DNA of 64,000 nt, taken from the NCBI RefSeq assembly GCF_009834535.1, contig NC_045696.1:62250001-62314000 (forward strand). Reading direction: 5' to 3'. Every line of letters begins with the position of its first letter. Position 1 is the first letter of the stretch. Made by a program: the position numbers and the translations under genes. This DNA is from Camelus ferus (taxonomy: Eukaryota). Of the stretch, positions 27,319-37,960 are shown in pieces. The notes below the pieces were generated by a model, which was given only the letters and a program-made list of their open reading frames with translations, was not told where the DNA came from and ran no database searches.

Positions 27319-27984
27319 TTGCAGCGTCTGTCCTCTGCTGCAGGATCGTCCTGTACCCTACTGCTCACAAGCTCCCTTCTCTGATCTGCCTTCTCCTCTG
27401 CCCTGCAAGAGTGAGGCATGAGAAACCACCACTGCGTGTGGCTAGGAAAGTGTTCAGCACACTGTAAAGCTCTGCAGCCACAGGAGGAGGGATAGTGATG
27501 GAGGGCAGGGCCACCTTTGGTCAAGAGCACAAAGGCTTACAGTGGAGCCTGGGGAATTGCTGATAAAGGTTGAGTGAGTGAAAGTGAGGGATCAGCTGAA
27601 GGAAGTTCCCCAGGGCAGCCATCTGGGCATCTGAGAAACTTAAGCGGGGATTGTACTGAATGAAGAGGTAGAAATATGGAGACAGAAGCCTGCTTGAGCC
27701 CTGACTGAAGCCCCATAGTGTGCAGGTTCTGGGCCATAAGGCATCACTGGGTGAGTGAGCTCACCTCCTCCCTTCCCTTTGTATCCACTCTTTTTGGGTG
27801 AATTTGCTCAAGGTGCATCCTTTAGGCCAGTTCATCTCCTGGTTACCCCCACCATCCTTCAATTCCCAACCCCCATGCCCCACCCAGGCAACACTTGTGG
27901 CAGAGGCAAGGAGCAGCCCCAGGAATCAGATGGTGAAGCTTGAAGTGATTCTCTGCAAGCTGGACATGTCCTTCAAGTCCCCTT

Positions 27985-28182
27985 CCCTGCTCTATTTTTC
28001 TCCATAGCACTTGTCAGCATCTGACATTATGTTTTTTTCTTGTCTGTTTCATTCCACTAGAACGTGAGCCCCATGAGGGCAGTGATTTTTTTTTTTCTGT
28101 CTGTCTTTCAATCCTCACGGCCTAGGATAATGCCCGGCATACAGTAGGTATTCAATAAATTTTGGGGGGAAAATGAATGAAT
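27985..28182 (+). mobile_element. L2 3' end
   Basis: 'ccactagaacgtgagccccatgagggcag...gcccggcatacagtaggtattcaataaat...atgaatgaat'. Confidence 0.85.
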
Positions 28183-29076
28183 CTTAAATTTGTTCAAATC
28201 TTAAACTTCACTCCATGTTCTATCAATATTCATTTTAATATAAAAATTATCCCCTCTCCCAAATACTTGAGTGAAAACCAATGCCTCATATCTTCCACAA
28301 AGCTGGGGCTTCAGATGCCTGCATGCACCTCAGCTCCAGGCTCCACCACAGAGCAAAGCTTCACTTATGATCAGACAGCAGGAATGTGAGAGGGTAAGGC
28401 TGCAAGGGGCAGGGCCTCCTTGTAAAGGAAGGATCAGTTGACAAAGGCTTATGTCTCTGGCCTCAGCCAGAGCCATGTCTCTGACAGGAGGAAGTATAGG
28501 ACAGTTATAACCAAGTGACAGACAATGCACACAAACTTGTCTACCCCGTGCCTGGCACACAGTGGACATCCAATAAGGTTGGCAGAATCTCTCTTTGCAT
28601 CTGATCATCAGTGAAATCATGATGAACAAGACATTCAGGAAACAGCGTCATGAGATTTGCTCTCTTTGACCTCAGGAACCGGGTCTTAGCCCTTTTGTTT
28701 CTCTGGTGCTTGGCATCGTATGTGTCTAGAAGGCCCTAAATGAATGCTTGATGAATGAAAAATATTGTTTCCATTGATTTTTTTCCTGGATATTAAATTA
28801 TATTTCAGGACTTGTGGCTGAAATCCATTCTAAGATACATTTAGCAATACTTCTACATTAGCAAGTAGAGAGTACTGAACCTCCTTGCATCTTGCTCTGG
28901 GAATACAGAATCTTGCAAATGGGCATCAGCAAGTACCCCAACTTCCCTGATCATGTGTCATTGTGGGAGGCTGTAGGGAGGGATGCAAAAAGGCTATATG
29001 AGATTGAATTTGTTTTAACACCAAGAAATCAAGGGGTACTAGAGTTCCCTGCTATCTTTTTCCTTGAATCTCAAAT

Positions 29077-29250
29077 TTAGAGCTTATAAGGGACTGAGAT
29101 CATCTACCCCAGTAGCCTAATTTGACAAATGGAGAAACCAAGGCCCAGAGAGGGGAAGGACACTCTCTGGGAGGATGTGAAGAGAATCATCAGAACTGGA
29201 AACTTGGTCTCTTGACCCCCAGTTCAACATTCTTGCCATTTTCTTGATTT
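29077..29250 (-). mobile_element. MIR/MIR3 fragment
   Basis: 'ttagagcttataagggactgagatcatcta...gagaaaccaaggcccagagagggg'. Confidence 0.65.
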
Positions 29251-29434
29251 GCCTCTATCTCTTATGAATAGAAAGTAGAGAACAATTCTAATTAATTCAT
29301 GTTTAAATTCTATATTAAGGGAAAGATTTGTCTGTAAAGATATATTTATTGAGCTCTTCATACTTAGTACTGTCTTAGCTACTGCATGGGACAAAGCAGA
29401 CACAAAATTGTCCCAATCTATTGCATAATGATGA

Positions 29435-30130
29435 TCAAGATGATAATAGTTAAGTTTCCATTTTTGAGTCCCTGTTATATAAAAGCATTGGGTGCTTTAC
29501 ATGTATTACCACAAATAATTCTCCCAGCAGCCTTATAAAATAGATTTCTGTGTTAGGCCTCTTTGGGTCACTCATGACAGCAACCCAACTCAAACAAGCT
29601 CAGGAAAAAAGGGAATTATTGGCACAGGTAAATGAAAATACCAGGAGCTGTCTAGTTTCTGGGTAGGCTGGATCCATGAGCACAAACAGTGTTGCTAGAA
29701 ATTTCTCTCTCCTTCCATCTCTTCTATATTAGCTTCAATCTCTGGTATGTTCTTTCCATATGATGAAAAAATGACCCCCAGTAGCCCTGGCTCCCATGAG
29801 CCTTACAGTTTATAATTTCAGAAGGAAAAAGTTCTGTTCTGATGTGACATCCACATCAGCTTTCCTTAAGGCCTCTTTGGGTTATGTGAGCACATCTGTA
29901 CCAATCATTATATCTAGGAAAGTGAGATACTTTGGCCACTCCACATCTCCATACGGTGGGTGAGGAGAGGGTCTTTTAGCTGTGAAATGGAGGAGGGACA
30001 ATTCATAATCCCATTTTACATAGGTTGAAACTGAGACTCACAGAAATTAAGTAACTGCCCAAGGCCAGAGCCTGTTAGAGGCAGAGCTGGGACATAAATT
30101 CAAAATACTTATCTCCAAAGCCTATGTTTT
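29435..30130 (-). mobile_element. MIR split in two (about 29435-29548 and 30001-30130) by an LTR
   Basis: Left half 'gtgctttacatgtatta...cagccttataaaatagat'; right half 'ataatcccattttacataggttgaaactgagactcacagaaattaagtaactgcccaagg'. Confidence 0.75.
29549..30000 (-). mobile_element. Old MaLR LTR (MLT1 J/K type)
   Basis: 'tgtgttagg...tgacagcaacccaactcaaacaagctcaggaaaaaagggaattattggc'. Confidence 0.7.
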
Positions 30131-31110
30131 TTAAATTTTTCCTGGGTTTTTTTTTTGGGGGGGGGTATTCATTTTTCCTAGGTTTTTTTTGGTGGGGGGA
30201 GATATTCACATACTTTAAAATTCACCATTTTAAAAGTGTACAATTCAGTGAACAGCCTGTTTTAATCATCATCCTAATTTTGGTGTGATCAGTGTTCAGT
30301 TGTGATGTATGTGTTAAGCAATTTGTTGCTATTAATAGTTTAATTACCAGAGTTATTGAATGATTTACCTTAAAAATAGAAATCAGAACTAATTAAAGAT
30401 TACCCATCTAATAATGTCATCCTCATTTCCTTTTACTCTGACGTACTCTTTTAGGTATAGCCAGCAAACCCCTACTGGAGAGGGTGCTGTCACCCATTCT
30501 GAGTTTCACAGCGGGAAAAAAATGCTACAGCTTGGAGTACTGCTACGTCTTGCCATAAATAAAGCTTTCCCCACTGTAAGACAGAATGGGTAAGCCCTCA
30601 AGGAAAGATACAGAGTATTCTAGGAATATTAGTAAAAAATGACAAATCTGTTCAGAAACATTGCAGATAAGGTTACAATTAAATCAATACCATTTCTAGA
30701 TTCCAGTGATGAAGTCTAAAAAGAAGTACAGTGAAAAGAGAGAGAGAGAGAGCGCTCTTTCCCTGAAGAATCTAAAGCATTTTGGAATTAACCGAAAAAG
30801 ACATGCAAAATCTATTCAAAGAAAATTACAAACCTCTAATAGGAAAAAAAAAAGCAAAAACAAAATGAAAAACCTTATTGAATAAATAGAGCTTTTAGAG
30901 CTTTTGGCTGTAATCACCCAGAGGGGCCATGAAACTGTGGATGCCCCAGTTCAGTGCCCACTGGCCCAGGCTGCTTCCGGACCCAGCACTGAACTTAAAG
31001 GGATGCAGCAAAACAGGTGCAGACAGCGAGCAGGACGGAAGGCACAGGAAAGCTATCAATGTCAAAGCACGACAAACAACTCTGAATATCCTGTGGAGAG
31101 AAGGACCAGC

Positions 31111-31495
31111 GGTTTCCAATGGGAAAATAAAGACTTCTGACAAGAAACAGGGACTTCTGTCAGGAGAGCAGGAATTTCTGACAGGAGAGCAGGGATTTTT
31201 GACAGGAGACCAATGGTTTATGACAGGAAAACAGGGATTTTTGACAGAAAATGTTGATTTTCTGACAGAATATCAGTGGCTGACGAGAGAACAATGATTT
31301 CTGAAGACTGGTGATTTTTCCCAGAACAGTGATTTTTTAAAAGTAGAGGGGTGATTCCTGACACAACAGTGATTTCTGACAGGAAAACAGTGATTGCTGA
31401 TAAGAGAGCGTGGATTTCTGACAGGACGTTAGTGCCCATTACAGTGGAGAGTAGTGATTTCTGACAGGTTTTTGACAGGAATGAGGGTTTTTAGG
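31111..31495. repeat. Degenerate minisatellite, about 19 units of mostly 17-22 bp, consensus GATTTCTGACAGGARARCAGK
   Basis: Units parsed by eye, e.g. 31173 aatttctgacaggagagcagg, 31194 gatttttgacaggagaccaat, 31371 gatttctgacaggaaaacagt. Confidence 0.9.
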
Positions 31496-32009
31496 AAGGA
31501 CAGAAAGCAGTAGCACAGAACAAACTGGAAAACAGCAGAAGAGATCGAATTCCTTCTGGAGATAGCTGTTCGTCCTGGATGTGGAGGGAGGTTCATCAGT
31601 AATAAGACAAACTGGATCAGGGGAGGCTCAAATTGGGAAAGATCTGGGGTCCAGCATGTCATTTGGCAGAGAGGGACTGAGTGGGCTAGAGGGAGAGTGT
31701 CTAGATTTACGTCACAGATGTGAGCATGACTCGGAATGCATTCCCATCAAGAGACTAGGAGGAGGAAGAGAGTGAAATCTGGCCCTTCTTCAATCCCCCA
31801 AACCCAGGAATAGCAAAGTCTTGGTTTTGATTCGGCAAATTCTAATGAAGGCTTTTACTCTCTTAATTACAAATTCTTGGCAGGGGGGTTAGGAAAGGAC
31901 AGAAGTGATCTCTCTAAGGCCGTAGCCCTAAAGTTATTCAAGAACCAGATAGCAGCTTGGTGAGAAGTCAGCCTTGTGGTAGAGAGAGAAATGAATTAAA
32001 GGAGGTGGA

Positions 32010-32550
32010 GGTGCCCGTAACGCGCCTCTGACAGAAAATTCCTGGGGGGAGGGACAACCGATTCCCTTTGTTCCCGCTCACCACGCATGCGCCTGAGAGC
32101 TCCTGGGCGGGGCCCCGCAACCTCGCCTGGGTCACTCGCGCGAGCCTTTCTCCTGAGGTGGTCAGGTTTGCCGCGAGCAAAAGCCCAGCAGCGCACAGTG
32201 AAGCAGGCTCTGTCTCAGAGGGAAGGAACGCTTTTTCTCGCAGACTGAGCGCTCATTGACCCCAACTCCAGGCGCCACGTGACTGGATTCTCGCGGGCAC
32301 CGAGCGCTAGGAGAATTCTAATTGTGCCGCTCCCCAGAACAGCTGCAGCATCTCGAGCCAGGAGCTCCAGACTTGTGCTTCCGACCGGATGCGGGGCTCA
32401 GCGGGCTCTTTACACTCAGCCCTGCAGGCCTGCAGCCGAGATGGATGCACGCGGCCTCCTGCAGAGAATTTCCCTCCGTCCGCCCTACCCCTACCCCGCC
32501 CCAACCGCGCGCCCACCTTTTGCCCCCTCTGGGGGTCTCTACCGCTTTCC
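32010..32550. promoter_or_regulatory. CpG island, probable promoter or regulatory element
   Basis: The only extended CpG-dense stretch in a CpG-depleted window; NRF1-like cacgcatgcgcc 32082, GC box gggcgggg 32105, E-box ccacgtgac 32275, GC box ccccgcccc 32494. Confidence 0.75.
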
Positions 32551-33087
32551 TCCTACAGACCAAGGGAGCAAGAGCTTTTCTTCTCAGCTGCTACCGCCTC
32601 TCCTCCCTCTTGAGGTTCCTTTCAACCCCACACTTGATTCAGAGGAAGACACAATTCCCCAGCTTTCCCGCCTCTTGGTGCCCCTGACTGGCTCTCCAGC
32701 CACTTTATTGCTGCAAATGCCAACTGGGAAATAGGACGTTCATTACAAAATTACAAATGAGAAGCAGGTTTGAGGTTTTTGGTTTTTTTTTAATCTAAAA
32801 AAACTCGCATTTCTGAAGAGAGCAGTGGTTTTTCTCAGGCGATGCTAGGTGCCTGCTGGTGCCTCACTTTGAGAACTATGGTAATAGACCTTCTCAGGCA
32901 AAGCTCTTTCCTGTGTCCCTGCCCTGGGAGGCAGGTGGAGAGGCAGGTGAAATCTCTCATGTCCTCAGCAGTGATTCTTATTCCTTCATTATGCCAGTCA
33001 CTTCCCAGGGGGGGCAGCAGTGGGAACCAGCAAGCTGTTCAGAGCCTCCACGTTAGTCCCTGTCTGTGAAGACTCACAAAGTTTTCC

Positions 33088-33250
33088 AAGCTGGGTGACT
33101 TTGGGCAAGTTGCTTAACCTCGCTAAGCCTTAGTTACCCCATCTGTAAAATGGGGATAGAAATTCCTACTCACATAATTGTTGAGATGATTAAATGGGAT
33201 TGTGTGTGTGTGTGTATCTGGCACCCAGTAGCCTTAATAAATTTGGTCCC
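33088..33250 (+). mobile_element. MIR SINE
   Basis: 'agctgggtgactttgggcaagttgcttaacctc...catctgtaaaatggggata'. Confidence 0.85.
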
Positions 33251-34068
33251 CTTATTTCTCATTGAAGGTAAACAGTACCCTTGGGAGCAAAGCCATAGCA
33301 AAAAAGACCATGCAGCTTGTGTCAGTCATTAGGCACCCAGCTGAGCTTCAGTGAACCACGGGTGCTTCACTCAAAGTGTCAGGTGCCCTGGTAGGGCTTT
33401 TCTGCCCAAAGACTCTCTTTCGTGCACAAAGGCACTATAGGGTGAGCAGCAGCTGCAGGGTATCTGTGCTGGCACCCAGCCCACCCTACTGTGGAAAGAG
33501 AGAATGGCACTTGTCAGGTGAGCATTTATATTACCTCTTGCCTCACAGTAGGACCAGGTTCCCTGCTTCTCCTGCTTGTAATGGATGCCTTGGCCAGGTG
33601 GAGAGCAGCTGCCGTGGTGTTAGGTTCCCCTTCTCTCACTAGAGAGGTGTCCTTGAATGGGGGCTAGCCTGCCTGCATGTGAGCTCTGGGAAGCACTCCT
33701 CCTCCCAGCAGGCTTCTCACTGGGGTGATTTGCAGGGTCTCAAGCTCAGAAGCTCTGCCTTTATGTCCCAGGGCCCCCAAAAAGGCTCTCTTTAACCCCA
33801 AGCAGGATTTTTTCTTTTCCCCAGTAGGAAAAGACTAAAAGATGGAGTTCAAGGACCCTGCCATCCTGAGACTCTACATAGCTCACGTGGGAAGAGGCTT
33901 CCTGTGCAGGGCTGCCTTGATCATTACCCCTTTCCGTCTTCATTTCTGTCTTACTGGGTTGGTAAGACACAAGATAGGATTATATTTCCAAGCAGTTAAC
34001 CTGTATATTTTCTTTTTCCTCTGCTTCTCACTGGTACCCAGGGGCATTCCAGTCCACACTGACAGAAA

Positions 34069-35380
34069 TACATATGCTCATACAACTCAATATCAAAAAA
34101 ACAAACAACCCAATCAAAAATGGGTAGAAGCCCTAAAAGGACATTTTTCCAAAAACAAAAAACAAAAAACAAAAAACCAGAGATGCCAACAGGTGCATAA
34201 AAATATTCTCAACATCACTAATTATTAGAGAAATGCAAATCAAAACCACAATGAGGTATTATCTTACACCAGTCAGAATGGCTATAATCAAAAAGTCTAC
34301 AAATAATAGATGCTGGAGAGGGTGTGGAGAAAAGGAAACCCTCCTACACTGTTGGTGGGAATGTAAATTGGTGCAACCACTATGGAAAACAGTATGGCAA
34401 TTCCATAAAAAACTTAAAATAGAGTTACCATATTATCCATATGATCCAGCAATCCCACTCTTCAGCATATATCCAGAAAAGATGAAGACTCTAGTTCAAA
34501 AAGATACATGCATCCCAATGTTCATAGCAACACTACTTACAATAGCCAAGACATAGAAACAAGCCAAGTGCCCATCAACAGATGAATGAATAAAGATGAT
34601 GTGGTGTGTGTGTATGTGTATATATACACACACACATATATATAATCGAATATTACTCAGCCATGAAAAAGAATGAAATCATGCCATTTGCAGCAACGTG
34701 AAGGAATCTAGAGAATATCACACTAAGTGAAGTAAGTCAGGCAGAGAAAGACAAATATAGTATGATATCACATATATAGAATCTAAAAGTAATGCAAATG
34801 AATCTTTATACAAAACAGAAACAGACTTACAGACATAGAAATCAAACTTACGGTTACCAAAAAGGGAAAGGGAGGGGGAGGGATAAATTAAGAGTATGAA
34901 ATTAGCACAAAATAGATAAGCAACAGGGGGGGAGTGGTGGAGTGCATGCTTAGCATGCACAAGGTCCTGGGTACAATCTCCAGTACCTCCTATAAAAATA
35001 AATAAATAAACCTAATTACTTCCCCCCCACCAAAAAAAAAAGGAGAAAAAGCAAATAGGAAAAATGAAATAGAGGGGACTGTTTGGAAAGAAGAAAGGAG
35101 ATTATACTGGAAATGGAGAAAAACTTTAAAAAGCTACATATATTTAATAAATTTAGAGAGATAGTAGAGGATAATCTGTCTATAGAATAAGAACAAGATA
35201 TAATAAAAATAAAAAGAAAACAAAATAAAACATTTGGATATTTAAAATATAATAGTTAACATTAAAAAGATAAGCAACAAGTATTTACTGTGTAACACAG
35301 GGAACTATATTTAATATTTTATAATAATCTATAATGGAAAATAATCTGAAAATAATATGTATATAACTGAAAAGAAAAAC
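34069..35380 (+). mobile_element. 5'-truncated L1 (ORF2 C-terminus plus 3' UTR), interrupted at 34926-35267
   Basis: ORF 34233-34556 '[21 protein letters not shown]...[26 protein letters not shown]' is the L1 ORF2 cysteine-rich C-terminus; 15-bp TSD ccacactgacagaaa (34054) / ccacactcacagaaa (35381). Confidence 0.95.
34926..35041 (+). mobile_element. Vic-1-type tRNA-Ala-derived SINE
   Basis: 'agtggtggagtgcatgcttagcatgcacaaggtcctgggtacaatctccagtacctcc' plus tail 'aaataaataaacctaattacttcccccc'. Confidence 0.9.
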
Positions 35381-36355
35381 CCACACTCACAGAAACCACA
35401 GAGCCAGGGTTTAGACACAATGGCTCAGAGAATGCCTGCAGAGCCAGATTTTCCTCTCCCAAAGACTAGACAGAACCGAGCTTGGAGAAGCAGGGAGAGG
35501 CAGCTGGGCCCAGATGGGAAGAGTGAAAACACCTGAGTCCTTGAGGTGGGGGAGAGGGTGGTGGGAAGAAGAGAGCAGGTCAGAGGGCATTCAGTGTGGG
35601 GATCAGTGTGGGTCCCTACTTGGTACCAGCCCTGGGTGCTTGTAAGACGTAGAACAGCAAATGGTGGCCTTAGGGGCCAGAAGTAGGAATGAGGCGAACA
35701 GGGAAAACCTCACTCCTGAATGGAACCAGGTGGAAATTTCTTTCTAAGTAGGAGGAGTGATAGACGCTACACTGCTGAGGGGTGTCACTGGGGTGGGAAT
35801 GCTCTCCTCAAAAGAAAAGATTTCCAATGGAAGAATTCTTTAGAAAAAGCCAGAACCGTTTTAGCAAAAATCCTCAGTTTCTCAGCACAAGGCTAACTGA
35901 ATTTCTCAAGTAACTGGAATATCTTTTTTTGAACTATTTTTAGGAGGAAGATTAGAAATCAAAAACAAATCTAAGATTTATTTTTTAAAACAACAAAATA
36001 TCAACAGCTCCTGGGGACTCCCCTGGCCAGTACAATCCATACCTATTACACTTTTACAATAGGAACAATTGATGTTCTGAAGGATGACCCTTGAGTCACC
36101 AGGGCATGAAAGGGAAGTTTCAGTTCACTCGGCTGCCAGGATCCCCATTTCCTTTGCATTATAGTGAAGTGGAGCTTGACTGTATTTCTAAATTAACACA
36201 AGCTCCTAGAAATTGATTTTTCCAGAATTCTAACATCCTTTGGATAAAGGCGACATTGTATATAAATTGAATGTAATGTGATCAGGAGTGGTTGGTCTTT
36301 GAGAGGAACCCCATGTGGTTGCATCCTGTAGACACTTGATTGGACTGGTTCATGC

Positions 36356-36607
36356 TAGTGGTTGTCAACTGGCCAGGGGGAGAAGGCGGCAGTCCCGCCC
36401 CCAACCCCCCAGGGAATATTTGGTAACGTCTGCAGACATTTTTGGTTGTCACAAATGGGAGGTGGGAGCAGAGGCAGGATGCTACTGCAGTATAGTGGGG
36501 AGAGGCCAAGGATGCTGCCCAGCATACTACAATTCACAAACCAGCCCTCCACAACAAAGCAATACTGGACCCAAAATGTCAGTAGTACTGAGGCTGAGAA
36601 ATCATGG
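36356..36607 (+). mobile_element. MER20 hAT-Charlie element
   Basis: 'cagggaatatttggtaacgtctgcagacatttttggttgtcaca...agaggccaaggatgctg...cccaaaatgtcagtagtactgaggctgagaaa'. Confidence 0.9.
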
Positions 36608-37386
36608 CTCAGGGTGATGCAAAGAAAAGCTATACTCCTAATGAGGGCAGAGAGGGTGTCTGCACCAAGGCTACTCACAGGCCTCAGGGCCAGGTTCAGC
36701 CCTGTGAGCCATTGCTTGGGACTGGTCTCACCTTACCCAAGCTCTTAGGATGGTTATAAGATCTAAAGCTGGGACATTCATCTGCAATGAAATACAACAA
36801 TCAGGATGTATGGCTGCCCTCAGTTGGCAGCAAGGATACCCAGTCGAGCCTGGAGTGGAACATAAGGAGTTGTTCCACCAGGACCTGAGACCTAGGTCGG
36901 TGCACATCTTCCTTGGGCTGGGCTGGGAGGGTGCTCACGTGGGTGGAGCTACCTCTTCTGGCTTCTACTGGCAACCACATTTTCTTGTAACCAACACCTT
37001 GTTTCTTTGGATACATTAATGTCATCAGTAAAGTCTGACTTCAATCTGGGACCAGAGTCCACTTAACATGATTGCATTACTTGACTCTGATCCATTCATT
37101 ATGTTTATATTTTATAATTTAATGCAGGATTTCCCTGATCTGAGAGCAGAGGGAATTCTTTTGAGAAGCCAGCTAATTGTGAGTGCCTGAATATTGAATA
37201 GTTGACATAGTTTCCTCTAGTCCAGTCCTAGTATTTGTCAAAAATATTAATATGATATACCAATTAATAATGTTTACATAGTGGTCATAATTCATAAAAC
37301 CTTTTGTAAATATGTATTTTGTTAACTGACAAATACTCAAAGTACAAATATTATCATGTAGGAGTAGGTAATAAAAAAGAGGGCTT

Positions 37387-37546
37387 GGGGGAAAGGATAT
37401 AACTCAGTGGTAGAGTGCATGCTTAGTATGCATGAGGTCCTGGGTTCAATCTCCAGTACCTCCATTAAAATAAATAAGCAAATAAATAAACCTAATTGCC
37501 TCCCCCTCCAAACAAAACAAAAAATAAATAAAACAAAATATTTTGT
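37387..37546 (+). mobile_element. Vic-1-type tRNA-Ala-derived SINE, full length
   Basis: A box 'taactcagtgg', B box 'ggttcaatct', body close to a CpG-decayed tRNA-Ala(AGC); degenerate TSD aaaaaagagggctt / aaaaaaggaggactt. Confidence 0.92.
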
Positions 37547-37729
37547 AAAAAAGGAGGACTTACACTGGGAAAAGTTAGGAACCATTAGTTTGACTCTCAG
37601 AAGGTTAATTTCTCATTTTTCTTAGTTCTTAAGCAGGGAGGCACAGCATCCCAGGGTTGCCATCCACCCTCCATGTCCCAAAGGATCTGCTTGCTTACTC
37701 TGTCCCTAAGGACACATTGGGAACAGTCT

Positions 37730-37960
37730 TAACCCCTTGCATTTGCATGCTTTACAATTTCTAAAACATTTTCACATCTATTATCTCATTGGCTCTTCCA
37801 ACTGCCAGTGAGAAAGGTAGAACAGGGGCTTTCATTTCTACTTTAGGGAGGAGAGCAGGGCTTGGGGACCTGATTTGCCTCAGGATCTTACAGCTGGCAG
37901 AGCTGGGGCCTAGGCCCCTTCCTCTGACTTGGGACCCAGAGCTTTTTCCACTCCCCTTGC
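37730..37960 (-). mobile_element. MIR SINE
   Basis: 'ttttcacatctattatctcatt...tgatttgcctcaggatcttacagctggcagagctgggg'. Confidence 0.7.

Noticed and set aside
31111..31495. CRISPR-like or other repeat-spacer array
   Set aside because: Units are head-to-tail and degenerate with no unique spacers; the context is mammalian and there are no cas genes.
32279..32734. Overlapping ORFs in the CpG island
   Set aside because: GC-rich DNA has few stops; none resembles a known protein.
34233..34556. 107-aa ORF with a cysteine-rich motif (also 56674-56944)
   Set aside because: L1 ORF2 C-terminal remnant, not a cellular gene.
37387..37464. tRNA-Ala-like sequences as tRNA genes
   Set aside because: CpG-decayed and mutated, with A-rich tails and TSDs; these are SINE copies.
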